In this document: positions 12,231 through 26,429 of the stretch, one piece after another
Layout: the number at the start of each line of letters is the position of its first letter
How positions within the stretch are numbered: the first letter of the stretch is position 1
Source: Eledone cirrhosa
Lineage: Eukaryota
Direction: 5' to 3'
Assembly: GCA_964016885.1 (NCBI GenBank)
Contig: OZ024745.1
Location: forward strand, 83,576,001 to 83,640,000
DNA: 64,000 nucleotides
Made by a program: the position numbers and the translations under genes
Notes under the pieces: generated by a model
The model's input: the letters and a program-made list of their open reading frames with translations, nothing else
What the model was told of the DNA's origin: nothing
Database searches by the model: none

Positions 12231-14621
12231 TGAATCATTGAAAGTTGGGAAAGAAAATTATGATGGCATAACATTTTGTAACATCATCTTTCTTCCTATT
12301 TACTCTACCACTACCTAGTCAATAGCTTTTACTATCACATTAATTTCATTTCTCTATACATCCATTTATTATTCTTTTTTTTTTTAAGTTCTTAATCTTT
12401 AAATTCTTATACTTTTTATATTGTTTTTAAATTTCCAAAACATTATACTATATTTATCCATAGTTTACCGTCTTCACTTTAATCTATATTTTCACTTATC
12501 TTTTACGTTTTACTCATATTTTTGCCATTCCAACGTACTTCCAACTCAATTTTCTTACTACTTACCCCTACTACTTCACACGTTTTCCATTATCACAATC
12601 CCTAATTCCTATAAATTCTTTTTTGTGTTTATCTATACGTAACTATCTTTACAAAAGATCTTTATATTTACTCTTATATTTTTCTATATATCTATTCACT
12701 ATTTTTATGCTTCACATTTGTTATATTCCCAAACCTAATTTGATTTTATACTATTTCTATTTTATTCGTCCGGCTTTATATCTTCTTACTCTCATTCCCG
12801 GACATTCCCTCACATTCCTGTTTCCCTATTGTTTACTTTCTCAGCATTAATTTATATTTATTTACTATACAATGAAATCTTTATTTTAATTAATTTTCAA
12901 TTTTAATTCGTACTTCCACTCTACCTCACAAATCTTATCGTTTAATTCAGTTTTTGTTTTTCCATATGTAAAATTCTTTAGAAAATCTCTGTGTTTGTTT
13001 TTTATATATCTTTCTGTGTTAATTCTGTCATATTTCTAAGCATAATTTATATATATTTTATCAATCACTATAGCTGATTTCCCAGCAACTATCCATCGTC
13101 CTTCATACACTTATTAAACTGGGTGTTTTCATATACTGCCTCTGTTACTACTCTATCCTATTATCGTTAGCCACACATTCACACTTCTTCACCTTTGAAA
13201 CACTCCCAAACTTCTCTATTTGCCACATTGTACTATTTTATGTTCTTCTTAACCATTCTCCTCTTTAAATTATGTTTTCATTCTGAATATTGGCACAAAT
13301 ACAATTCATCAAAATCAGGCACCCATCAATAATCAATAAACCACACATTAACTGTACTGTGTGAATTAGAATGTATATTAACATAGTATAAATGAACATA
13401 TAATCAAACCCCTCATAAAATGAAATGCAAAACCCATCACATGAAACTATAAACTCGCACTAACAATGAGCTACAAAAAGCATGAAATTCAACATCTGTT
13501 TTATCAAGTTAGTAGATCACATATATGCTTTATATAGTATTCTCAAAAATAATAGACGATTGATTATAGAAACATTATTCATAACACATTATAATGTTAC
13601 ATATCCCATGTTCTTATACCATTATCCTTCCTCTAACCTATTAAATTTCTATGAGCAACTCATAAGCACCCGGGTAACTGAGTTGATATTTAAAATTTCA
13701 CAGCCCCCTACCCTTGTTAAAAACATGGATTTCTACTTTTTTAATCTACTTAAAAGTATAATAAAGTGATATCAGTAAATAATATACTCTCTCTTCCCCC
13801 CTATCTCTCTCTCTAATATTTTTACCACAGAATTTGGTCATATATTCCCCAATTGCTTCTCATAATTTACTGAAGAGAGTGTAATTGAAGAAACGTATGT
13901 GATCTCAATATCTCCAAATTGCAGACATACCGATATTATCTCTTCCTTTTAAGTTCAATAAAAGTTATCTCATGTATGTAAAATAACTGCAAACCTTAAG
14001 GACTTTCCTTCCTATGACAAAAATTACATATTATTTTTCAAACTGTATTCACCTTTAATACTAAATCACTAAAACGTTGACTGATATTAAAAGGAATTTT
14101 GTGGATGCTTTTGGATAAACAAGTATAGTACTATAGTATCCACAGAAAATGACACGGTTTATAGATAAAACTAATATTGTTAGTAGCTTCTTTGATTACA
14201 ACTAGTAATCAAGTAAAGATATTTCAATCCTCTATTTTCATTGATCTCTACCTTATGTCCTATCCCGCAATCACCATCTTTCATTTTACATTCACTTAAA
14301 TAACTTAGAATAATTTTCTCCCACATTTCTTTAATAATTATTAAACACATATTCACTACGACATTTTTCATTCTATCTATCTATCTATCTCTCTGTCTAT
14401 CAAACGTGTGTAACTTCGCGGAGAAGTTTCCGTTATTTTATGTAAGAAAAAAACGTGAGTTTTTAGTTAAATTTTATATTATTGTGTAACTTGACCCCCC
14501 CGTCTGGACCCTCAGGTGGTGGGTCAACTCATTTTCGCCCCTACAGGGGTGAAATATTCGTTTGAAAAATTTTTTCTCCATCGAATTTTGGAAAAAAAAA
14601 AATTATAAGTTTGATTACGTT

Positions 14622-16549
14622 ATGAACGCTGCGTTCAACGATAATGGTGGTGGAGAGTCGGTAAGACTACAGAGCCCGCAGTCAACATCGTCTTCTTCCC
14701 TAGATACTATAGAGATGGAAAGACGAAATGAAAATGTAAAAACAAATTCATATCCAAACAACACAAATGACACCAAAATGTTCAATGACAACAAAAATAA
14801 CAGCAACACCAATAATGATGATAAAAACAACAATGATAACAACAACAAAGAAAAAAATAAAGACAACACCAATAACACCAGCATCAAAGACAACAACAAC
14901 ACCAAAACCAACACCAAGGAAAATACGAATAATATCAACATCGGTGACAACAAGAATAACAACAACAATAACAACAATAATGACAACACCACCAACACGG
15001 ATAATTCCACAAAGAAACCAATATCTCCTTTGCACAGACAGTTCAGAAAAAGGAGAACTGACATATCTCGACATAACAAATGCCGAACAACTTTTAAAGG
15101 ACGCTAGGAGATATGTCACTTTCGAAAAAAATGGTGCTTTCAGCATCAATTCTCCGGTAGAAATTCGCAAGGAAACTGCTCTCAAAACGATAGTTTTTAG
15201 GACAGTTTCCAATTCTACCCGAAAACCAGTCCAATTGTCACAGAAAGAAATTGAACTGGTTTTCAAAAATTCAATGAATGATATTGCATTCATTCAAAGA
15301 AGCAAACTTTTTGGGAGTATTTCGGTACTCATGAAGGATCAATTGACGGCCCCAAATTACTGTGTCGCCAATTGTATCCAACCTGTACACCTTTTTCCCT
15401 ACATACATGGGAAAAAGGACACAAAAGATCAAAATCACGAGTGTCACACCAAAGGTGAACATATGGTGGATACTGTGCGGCTTCATCAATTTTGATGAAG
15501 ACAGAATACTGTCAGTAGGAAAGTCCCCCAGAGATGTATTCAATAGGACTAGCATTGAAGTTCTGGTGCAAATGAGCCCAGAGCGAATAGCTATGATCCC
15601 ACAACGTGTACTCCTGGACAGACTCACCTACATAAACTTTTCGGTTGAGGGTAGGCGGCCTTTATGTTACCATTGCTTTAGCAGGGGTCACCTGAGGGCT
15701 TCCTGTCCTAAATTAATGAGTCAAAAAAAGGCTCTTCTGCCGACACCCATCAAAACAACACAGCCACCAACACCACCACAACAACAACAACACCAACACA
15801 CAAAAATAACCACAACAAACACAGTCCCACCCAACCCCACTCCACCTAAAACCACTGCAAAATCACATACAGACACAACAGCTCCCCAAGACATACCCCT
15901 CCCCAATCACACAGACGATACAACAGATGAGGCTATCTCGCCATCACCCAGTGAAGACGAGGGAGAACCCCATCGCTTGAAAAGAAAGAAAAGACATCAC
16001 AAAAGCAAAAAACCAGTAAACACTACCGCAAACATACAACCACCAACACAAACAACAAAAACATCACAAACAAAACCCCCACCTCCTGAAAACAAAATAC
16101 CTACAACAAAACGAAAGCACACACAAGAACTACAGACGAAAACAAACACAACACAAGAAAACTACACTTACACTTACATAAACACTGAAAACAAAACACT
16201 AATGGAGACCATCACGAACGACCCTTCGGTGAAAACCGAAGGGAAAACTTTCGCCCACTCTATTAGGAATAACAAAAAACTGAACCTAAAACTGATTAGG
16301 GTCCCTATACAAACTTATAGGTCCCTAAAAGAAACATTTGAGAAGGATGTGGGGAATTCCTGCGTGAAACCACTTAACCGCGTCCTTCTCAAATGTCTCC
16401 CCACCCCAGACACCCCCATCCCACCAGACCCCACCGCACCAAACATCTCCCTCCGCACCCCGCCGGAAACCACCACCGATCCAGACAACCCCTCCAACAC
16501 CCCCATGGAAATCGCGCGGCCTGGTCCCCAGGAGACGAAGGGTGAGTGA
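14622..16549 (+). pseudogene. Tx1 ORF1 (gag-like, CCHC knuckle), frameshifted
   Basis: GRRPLCYHCFSRGHLRASCP, an Asn-rich N-terminus and a Pro/Thr-rich C-terminus, split over three frames. Confidence 0.8.
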
Positions 16550-16582
16550 TCTCTTTTCCTCTTTTAACTTTTCAGCACCAAC

Positions 16583-19500
16583 ATGGCCAATATAAGAGTT
16601 GGATGTGTGAAAGTACGCGGCCTGGGGATGCCCTGGAAACAGGGCAAACTCTTAAACGACCTCAGGTCGCACAGTATGGATGTGGTAGCCATTTGCGAGT
16701 CCAGGATCCACAGCGAGCGACAGCTGGCCCCATCTTCGATTACTTTGAGATCTACGCATCTCTCTGTCAACCGGGGCGTGGGGGAAGAGTTACCGTTTTG
16801 CTGCGGAAACACCTGGGCCTCGTAACACAGACGGTACATCTGGACCCGGAGGGTCGACTGGTGGTCCTAGACGTTGACGGTAGTGAAGGTGGAGCCTTCA
16901 GGCTTGTGGCCACATATGCCCCATCCGGGATACCGCGGCCAGACTTCTTCAAACGTCTAGAGACTTTTCTGGGAACGTCCCGCTCCTTGCTTTTAGTGGG
17001 GGACTGGAATGGAATCCTAGATGCACGTTGGGACTATGTGGGAGCATGTCCCGATAAAGGGGGGTGTAACAGCCTCAAACAGTTAATCGACCCATTTGAC
17101 CTGGCCGATAGATATCGCCTAGATTTTCCGACTGGGCCACTGTGGACGTGGACTAATCGTAGCGGAACATCTAGATCGTACCTAGATAGGGTTCTAGTTA
17201 GAAATAAGGATAGGGACATGGTTGCCTATTCAGATCACAAACTAGTGACCTGCAAGGCCAACCTTGATATAACCCATAGACAAGGAGCCCGCTACTGGAA
17301 GCTGAACTTGTCGTTACCGACAAGTAAAGCCTACAGTAGACGGATTAGCACTTTAGTTAAACAGCACTTGACAGGGGCCATTGTCAACAACAGAAGGTGG
17401 TACTCTCTCAAGATGGCAGTTAGATTAGACTCGTTAGTTTTAAGTAAAGAATTAGCGTTAGATAGAAATAGAACCGAGAAGGAACTGGTAGATAAAGTAG
17501 AAGAGGCAATTAGAAGTGGCAACGTAGCCAGCGTGCTAGCAACGAGAACGGCCTTGGACCAGTTCTTCGACGCAAAGCACGAGGGCTGCGTCGTCAGAAG
17601 CAAAATACGTGCTCTGGGAAACGAGGGAGCCAAAGCTGTTAGCTGGGCCCGAGTGACGGAGGCAAAAAGTGGAAACAAGTCCACCATTCGGTCTTTGAAG
17701 GACCAAAACGGACGCGTGATACGTGAGCCGAAGCAGGTGTGTGCGGTCTTTCAGCGGCACTTTTCTCAACTGTTCGGGCGGGGCGGCGCGCCGGGAGGGA
17801 CTATGGATTTCGGTCCATACGTCGACGGCCTACCGCGACTCTCGGACAGCGAGGCAAAGTTCTGCGAAAGCCGATTTCAGCCGCTGAGATAGGGGACACG
17901 TTGAGCCAATGCGGCAAACGCAAATCTCCAGGTCTCGACGATCTACCCTACGAATTTTACGTAGCAATGCCGGACTTATTCTCCGGTCTCCTGGAAGCGG
18001 TCTACTGCAACTGGCAACAGAACGGGAGAATTCCCAGTTCTGTAACCGGGGGCGTAGTCACATTAATCAGGAAGGACGAGAATAAGGGGCATGACATAGG
18101 CGTTTCCTGCCCATAACTCTGCTAAACACAGAGTTACAGATTTTGGCCAAGGTGTTGGCAAAGAGGCTGGCGCTTGTCGTCGAGAACCTGGTGGGAGAAG
18201 CGCAGACAGGCGCAATCCCGACCAGGTCTATACACGACAACCTCCACCTCATGCGATACATCATAGAGAGGGTAGGGTGTAAACCCGGCTTCGGTGGGGC
18301 CCTGATCAACTTGGATCAGTCTAAGGCTTTCGATAGGTTTCACCATCGTTACCTGGATGCGGTGCTCGAGGCGGCAGGCTTCGGACCCGTGTTCACGTGC
18401 TGGATTGCTGCAATGCACAACAGCAACATCTGCTCAAGGGTCAAGGTGAACGGCTACCTCTCTGAGCCGTTCCATATTACGCGATCCATTTGACAGGGAT
18501 GCCCTCTCTCCTCCCTTCTGTACGTACTGACTCTCGAGCCACTACTTCGGAAGTTGGAGCTATTGCAGGGCATCCCTCTGGATCCGGGACTGCGGAAAGC
18601 GGCGTCGGCCTACGCCGACGACGTGACAGTAATGGTGTTGAACGCCTCGCAAATCAAGGAAGTCGGCACCTTACTGAAGGAATACGAAAGTTTCACAGGA
18701 GCGAAGCTAAATCGGGACAAGTCCATCAGTTTGCAACTCGGATCGTGGAGAGGCAAACCGATGCCTTCCGATGGCGTCGTCGGACGCTGGACAGAAGGAC
18801 CGGTAAAGCTGCTCGGGGTCTGGTTTGGTCCGGACCTCCAGGTGGAGAAGAACTGGAACGAAGTGACGGCCAAGGTGTTTGCACTCACCCAGAAGTGGGC
18901 CGAGTGCAAACTATCCTTGAAAGTTCGAGTGGAGGTGGCGAACACTGTTATAGCGTCCGCCATCTACTGCCGCTTGACCATCGTGCCTTGTCCAGCCAAA
19001 ACGCTCGCCAAAATGGAGCGCGCGCTCTTCCAATTCCTTTGGAAGAGGCGGGCTCCTTTGGTGAGAAGATTCATCTGCTGCCAACACCCTTCTAACGGGG
19101 GGCTGGGGATGCCGTGGTTGACGATGCGCAAACACGCGCTCAGGCTGCGGCATCTCTACGTATTCCTCACCGGACAACCGGTGTGGGCCCCGTTCGTGAG
19201 GCGAGCCTTCCCACGACTCGTCTCGCTGACCGAGCTGCAGTCCTGGGTCAAGCAAAGACCGAGGAAAATGGGCGACTGGCACATCGAATGTGCTCAGGCG
19301 GTCACAGCCCTCTGGCAGGCGGACCCGGCGATCAGTGGAAACTCCACTTCGTCATTCTATAGAGGGTTGATCCGCAGCAAGTGCGACGACGCGCTCGGTG
19401 AAACTCTAGGCGTAGAGGAAGATGAACTGGCCAGTCTGTTCGGTAGGACCTTCCGCCCGGGACCGATGGACAACTTCCAAAAGTCCCTGGCCTGGCAGTG

Positions 19501-19993
19501 CTACCGAGGAGCTCTACCAGTTCGAGACAAACTCTACAGACATGGGCGGCCGGGCAGGGACCCTGCAAAAAAGATCTGTCCGAGGTGCTTGCGTAACGAA
19601 GAAACCGTCGCGCACGCATTCATACACTGCCCGGGCGTCACTGACCTGTGGGGTTATGTAGAACGACTATTGTCGCGGGTGGAACCAATCCGGTTGACCA
19701 CCGAGTCCATTGTCATGATCAAACCGCCACGCTCCTTCAAAAACGAAGGAGAGGCGGTTTTCCTTTGTGTGATAGCTATGGCGAAAGAGGTTGTATGGTG
19801 GACAAGGTTGAAAGGGTTGAGGTCAGACACCTTTCTCTCCGGCCAACAACTGGTTCTTTTTTTCAAATACCACTTTGGAAGAGGAATCAGGATGGAGAGA
19901 GAGGTGCTGCACCCCAGCAAATTTTATGAAAGGTGGGTGAAAGTGGCGAGAATGGCCCGAGTGAATGGGCCTTCTCTCTATATCAGCCTGTAG
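16583..19993 (+). pseudogene. Tx1 ORF2 (APE endonuclease, RT, zinc motif), frameshifted
   Basis: Motifs TYAP, GDWN, SYLDR, SDH, KSPGLD, LDQSKAFD, QGCPLS, YADD and CPRC..ETVAHAFIHC. Confidence 0.92.
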
Positions 19994-20232
19994 GTTGAGG
20001 AAAAGGAGGAGGAGAGGAAAGGAGTACAAACTATTCGTACTCCTGGAGTTGAGGGTTGCACATTTTTTTCGGGGGTATGTGTTACCCATATGAACTGTCT
20101 CCCCCTATTGGGGAAAATTGACTAACTTTTTAAATTGCATTTGTGATAACATTTTACACGTTTTTATTGTATGTAAACTTCCCCCTTTGTATTTGTCCCC
20201 TTCTTTTGTGCCCCTGTGGCTAATAAAGAAAC

Positions 20233-20233
20233 A

Positions 20234-20283
<50 letters not shown>

Positions 20284-20308
20284 CCTACCTATCTATTTAT
20301 CTATCTAC
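20233..20308. repeat. (TATC)n microsatellite
   Basis: Seen directly. Confidence 0.95.
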
Positions 20309-20416
20309 AGACTCTTGCATTGTTGCCCTTGTCCGAAGATGGCTATATTGGTCAATATACATAGATGACTATAGATTGACAGTCAGACAAAGAGATAGTA
20401 AGAAAAACAGATAGAT

Positions 20417-21619
20417 ATCTCTCTTTATTTGCCACAGGGGCGTACACAAATGGGACATTACAAGACGTGACGGCGGGCGTTTTACATAAAAATCATATAA
20501 CTTTAACATTAATAAATAACAATAAACTATATATAATAAAATAACAATTGAAATCCACAATAAGGGGAAACGTTACTGCAGGGTTGTTTTACACCCCATG
20601 GATAGAACAGCTCTCAAAACCAGGAACACGTTTTGTAGATGTTCCTCTCTTCCCTCTGTTTATCTTCCTCAACCTACAGGTTTATATACATTCACAGGGG
20701 CATTTTCGCCACATTCACCCACCTTTCAGCGAATTTACTGGGGTGTAGCACCTCTCTCTCCACTCTCACCTTCCTTCTGAAGTGGTACTTAAAGAAGAGG
20801 ATAAGTTGTTGTCCGGGCAGAAAGGTGAACCCTCTGTCCTTTTAACCTCGTCCACCATATTACCTCTTTCGCCATATTCACCAGACAGTGGAAAACCGCC
20901 TCTCCTTGATTCTTAAATGAAGGCGGCGGGGTGATCCTCATGATGGACTCGGCTGACAACTGGATGCGTCCCATACGTGACAGTAGCTGTTCGACATAAT
21001 TCCACAGGTCCGTCACCCCTGGGCACTGAACAATTGCGTGCAGAATGGTTTAGATGTCCTGCTCCGATCTTGGACAGGTCCTTTTGGCAGGATCTCTGCC
21101 AGGGCGTCCGTACCTGTACATTCTGTCTCGAACTTAGAGCTCCTCGTTAGCACTGCCAGGCTAGAGACCTCTGGAAGTTATCCATAGGCCCTGGACGGAA
21201 AGTCCTCCCGAACAGACTGTTCAGTTCGTCCTCCTCGATGCCTAGAGTTTCCCCGAGAACGTCGTCGCACTTATCCTCCACTAATCCCCTATAGAATGTC
21301 GACATGGAGTCTCCGCTGATTGCCGTTTTCGCTTTACAGAGGGATGTGAGCGCCTGAAGTCACTCGAGGTGCCAGGCACCCATTTTCGGTCTTCGCTTGA
21401 CCCAGGACTGCAGCTCTGTTAGTGAGACGAGTTGTGGAAGAGCTTGTCTCACAAACGACAGCCACACCGGTTCAGCGGTCAGGAATACCTGGAGATGGTG
21501 TAGCCTCAGCGCGTGTTTGCGCATCACCAGCCACGGTATGCCAAGTCCTCCGTTAGAAGGGTGTTGACAGCAGATGGATCTCCTCACCAATGGAGCCTGT
21601 TTCTTCCAGAGGAACTTGA
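20417..21619 (-). mobile_element. 5'-truncated Tx1 copy (ORF2 C-terminus plus 3' UTR)
   Basis: KFLWKKQAPLVRRSICCQHPSNGGLG and WWTRLKG. Flanks are GATA-like. Confidence 0.88.
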
Positions 21620-22257
21620 GGTATTCGCGGGGACAGAGAGATAGACAGATAGGTAGACAAACAAGCAGACAGATACATAGGTACAAGAAAGTCACCGTAA
21701 TTTTGAGGATAAATGTTTTTTATCTTTGTAGATACATAGATGACTATAGAGAGTCGCTGAAACCTCTGAACATATTGTCAATAGTGCAAAAGAAAGTTGT
21801 GGAGGAATATATCAAACTACGATTACTCTGTCAAGGTTATCATAAAGGTGATCCTCACATGATCCTTTTGCTTTTTCATATAGATGAGTTATTGTTTCTA
21901 TAATGCAATCTTTTATTTGAAACATTTGAATAATATTCCGTTGGTGATTTAGGGGTTCTTTAGGGTTTCTGTTCAAATATTTGATATTGATTTTAATTTT
22001 AGATATCTAAAGGCACTATTATATGAAATAAGAATTCCTTGTAGAAATTTAAAATTGCTAAAAGAGAAATTAAATATATGTATTACGTGTTATATTGTTA
22101 AGAAAGTAATTGTAACATACTTACTTATACATTGGAACAATCTCTATGTCTTCCTTTTTGAAGATTGGGATTTTCAGTCTCGATTGCTACCGATTAGGTG
22201 CCTTTCCAGAGATCGAAGCCACCCGGTACACGAGTTAGCCAAAGAATAATTTTCCTA

Positions 22258-22750
22258 TTTAAGGCTTTTAACATCCCGAGCCGGTTGTCATCTCCCCAAA
22301 GGCCTTGCAACATTTAAGCTCTTTAGCTTCTCTTGTCACCTCAGCTTATAATAGATTAGTCACCGATCCCAGATGCACGTCGTGTACATGAGCAGATGCT
22401 GTTGTGACCGGGTTTAGGAGATCAGCAAGGTATTCTCTCCATTTCTCGATGAGGCACCTCTCTGAAGAGAGGAGAACCACAGATGCGTTCTTGATAGCAA
22501 ATGTGTAGGAGGGCTTATTATTACGAAATCCCATGTCTTAAATTTGGAAGGCTTTACTGTCTCTGCTGCGATTCTTCGGGTATGCTTCTACCGCAAGTAC
22601 AAAAATTAGGACTTATTTCCAAACCAAGCTGTGTATGCCTCCTTCTTTATTCGGATGGTATCTTCGATCTGATTGAAAACCAATGGGTCCCCCCAGCCAT
22701 CCGGCACCACATCAAGCCTCTTCCGCCCACATCATTTAACATCAGAAACT
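22258..22750 (-). mobile_element. Decayed RTE-clade LINE internal fragment (pre-RT region)
   Basis: LLSSERCLIEKWREYLADLLNP...EV..K.LK..KA.G. Confidence 0.6.
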
Positions 22751-23046
22751 GCTGAGCTAAAATAAATGTACCTATACTCTACTAATCTATTGAGTACCTG
22801 TTTCGACAGTGGTCGCATGCCGATTTACATCTGGATCCTACATATTATATATATATATAGCTGCCAATATTGGAATTGAAATATCAAGACCCTAGAGGTA
22901 TGTCATATATAAAATCATATATTTTATCTGACGAGGACGTACTGGAAAAAAAAACACAGTACCTTCGAAATATATATAATAAAGAATATATTTTGATTAT
23001 GTCAATATCTTCATTTGTTAATATTTTGAATAATATATAATAATAT

Positions 23047-23919
23047 ATAGGAACGAGTAGGAACCTGACGGCTGAGCTCAAGCCGTTTCGACGGCTAATT
23101 CTGGACTAAATGAAAATGTTTATCCTGGTATATGAATAGCTGAGTTTCTCAGGGGGTAATTCCATATATGGTCACAAGGATTGGTCAAAAGTTTGTTGTT
23201 GAGACACATAATTCTATCATGGCAATTTGTGGGAGGAAGGGGTAGCTGAACCTGCCAGTAAAAGAAAGAGGGAGAGGGGGTGGAGGAAACCCAGTCGTGC
23301 GTTGATAGTGCCAACTACAGCAGGGCAGGAGGTCAAGGAAGTATACTAGGGAGGGGGAGGGGGCGGAAGTCGAAACAATAAGTAAAACACTATGGGGTAA
23401 ATATATAGAAAAATACCGAGAATGTTAAAAAAACAATTAAATATAAAAAAAAAACAATTTCTGGTTACTATTTCCTAAGGACAGCTATCAAGTCTCTCAC
23501 TGGTACTGCTAGACTAAAGAAAAGTTTACTAGGTGGGACGGAATTATAATGAGACCCTATTAAGAGGTAGTAGTAATCACCCGAGTATATCTTACGGTGA
23601 CGGGTCAACAAGTGTGGGGGGGGGGGGGGCAAAATACTAAAGAAACTACCACGAAATAATAATTCTGAGTCCCGAGACTAATACGAAATAATTGTTTCTA
23701 CCCTAGGCACAAGGCCAGCAACCACCCAGTGCAAAAAATAAACTAATACGAAATAATAATTCAGAATCCCGAAAAAGAATACTAATACTATCTCTAAGGG
23801 TGCGGCTACGATACAAAAATTCTAGTGCAAAGTACATAAATGCTCGTACGAAGTATATGAAAAATTTGATACGTTATGGTGAGTTATGGTCCACCTGGTT
23901 CCTTACCACATTTCCTTCG

Positions 23920-23921
<2 letters not shown>
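23047..23921. mobile_element. Interrupted member of the short palindromic PLE-like family
   Basis: Left arm 23047..23106 and tail 23873..23921 match 45344..45532. Both flanks are (TA)n. Confidence 0.6.
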
Positions 23922-23951
<30 letters not shown>

Positions 23952-25041
23952 GATATTAAATAAATGGAAACTATATTTATAAAACCATATTTATTTCATT
24001 ATATATATTTCAAGGATATCATATTAAAAATATGGTATGCCTTCTTCAGACAAAATACAATATAAACAGTCTTATAAATAGATAGATTTGACATACCTTA
24101 CAACTTCAACTTCCATTTAAAAAGTTGATTTGGTAGTTATATATACTCCAAATACTTGTTGAGTGCTTTTATATCAGTTATAAATATTTACTCGTTGTAA
24201 CCCAACAATTTAAATAAAACTTTGCATATATATATATATATATATATTCGCAAATCTGTTTATTTAAGCTCATGTTAACGCAGCCATCCGTTCGTTATAA
24301 AATCGATAAAATAAGCTCAATATAAATTCCTTGGTAGATTATAATTAATGCTGGTGATACCTTGACATAGCGAGAGCACTAAAGCTATCTCACAGAATAA
24401 AAAGAAATTGAAGTATTAAGACATTATGTTAAAATTTGATATATCATGCACTATATGCTGTCAGTCCCACGTTTATCCTTTAACGTAAAACATAATTTCC
24501 GCTTAGCACCTTTTCACTTCAAATTGTATTTCTTTCCATTAAATATCCTTCTGTCATTTCTTTCCTCGTTGTCAGAAGTTACAGTTAATTTATAATATTA
24601 ATATTCTGAATTATCTCTTTCTCGCTTTTCTTAAATATATATATATTTTCCCTGTTGCTATTCCCTTTGGCGCTTCATTTTTCATACATTATTTTGATTT
24701 CCATTTTCTTTTTACTTGCAATTTCCCATCGGTATTATTTCTAGCTACTTCAAAATTTTTTTAAATTAGTACATTGATAGTGCAAATCTATTCCTCAATT
24801 ATATATTTTACACCCCCATCCAATTCACTCGTGAAGATTGCTTTCTCAATTTAATTTTTTAGCTAGAATATATTTTTAACACATTACCAAATTAAACTTA
24901 AATATTCAATTCAACAAAATAGTTCAAATATTGTGGATCTGCATGACCTTTTAGAGCGGATTCCGCCTGTTTTATTATGAATCTTACCATTCTGGGTTTC
25001 AAGAATTAGAAAATACTGATATTAAAAAAGGCGCTCAACAA

Positions 25042-25362
25042 TCTATATACTACTAAAACTCTGTGATTGGTTGCTTGTCTGTAATGTAATACAACCAAGA
25101 GGGCGCATAATGGGAAAATACTTTGGAAGGCAGTTGGCCCTGAAATGGGGACACAAATGGAATAAAACAATTTTCGCGTAAATCGAACCACGGGTTCCCG
25201 AGATAAGGGGTTTTCCCAGGTCTCCATAAACAGAGAGAGAGAGAGAAAGATAGAAAGAAAGAGATAGTGGTTGTGAGATTGAAAGAGAGACATAGAGAGA
25301 GGGAGAGGAGACAGAGGAGAATGGAAGAGAGAAAGAGAGCTGGTGGTGTTGTTGTGTATATA

Positions 25363-25428
<66 letters not shown>

Positions 25429-25469
25429 TGTATCTATGACCAGTGCATATAGATCACAGACACCTACAC

Positions 25470-25500
<31 letters not shown>

Positions 25501-25691
25501 ATATGTATAAACACACACATAGATTTATATATATACATACACACACGTTTATATATGGGCCTTCCAGTTTCATTTTACATTATATACATGTCTGTGTATA
25601 TTTTAATTATTTAAAAATTCTTTTTATGTCAACATGATTTTAAAAAAATATTTTGTGTTGAATGTGACCTAATGGGTCACGGGTGGTCTAA
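25042..25691 (+). mobile_element. Possible non-autonomous Helitron carrying GA/GT/TA microsatellites
   Basis: 5' end A|TCTATATACTACTAAAA. 3' hairpin GTGACC-taatg-GGTCAC followed by CTAA. Confidence 0.45.
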
Positions 25692-26429
25692 ACTATATAT
25701 AAATTTAAGCAACTTCCGTCAGTCACACAAGGGGTGTGCATGTGTGGTTGTGTGAATGTATGTGTGTGTGTAAAAGGAAAAATGTGGATGGTGAAAAAGC
25801 TATAGCAAAACAGCGGCTGGCGTTCTATTTGCTACGCTGTGTGTGTATGTGTATGTGTATGTGCATTCTTTTGTTGTTGTTGTTTATTTTGTAAATGTAT
25901 GTCTGTTTGTTATTGTGAATGCATGTGTATTTATGTGAATTTATGTCTGTGAGTGTATCTTTGTAAGTGTGTCTGTGCTTACGCCTTTATATTTATATAT
26001 TCATACATATAAATGCACATACACTTACACGTCACCGTGTTGAAAAAAATTCTAGTAATACAATAAGTCGACCAAGTTACATAAATTGAAAAATTTCTCT
26101 GAGTTCAGCCACATTTTCGCACTAATTTCGTATTAGTAATATATTTTCTTTCGTCTTTATGTTTAAACTAATGTATCAGGCAGTTGAATGGTTACTGGAA
26201 TCAGATGGACTCGAAGAGAAATTTATAACGACTTTCTTTTCGGCTATTCAGAAGATAAAACAGGGAACTTCTAGAAACATTGTTAGAACAAGCAACGTAT
26301 TTTTCACACAAGCTATTATTCGCTGATAGGAAATATGAGGCTATGAAAACCATGAATAAAGATAAAGTTAGAACATTTGTATGGTTAAAAACAAAACACG
26401 CCTTACCACGCAGTTATAAACACATGTAA

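Larger units (their letters stand above)
14401..20232 (+). mobile_element. Full-length Tx1/L1-clade retrotransposon, disabled, inserted in (TATC)n
   Basis: 5' UTR, ORF1, ORF2 and a 3' UTR with AATAAA at about 20222. Both flanks are (TATC)n. Confidence 0.92.

Noticed and set aside
12240-14370. AT-rich stretch with short hydrophobic ORFs
   Set aside because: Compositional ORFs only, with no domain or supported splice structure.
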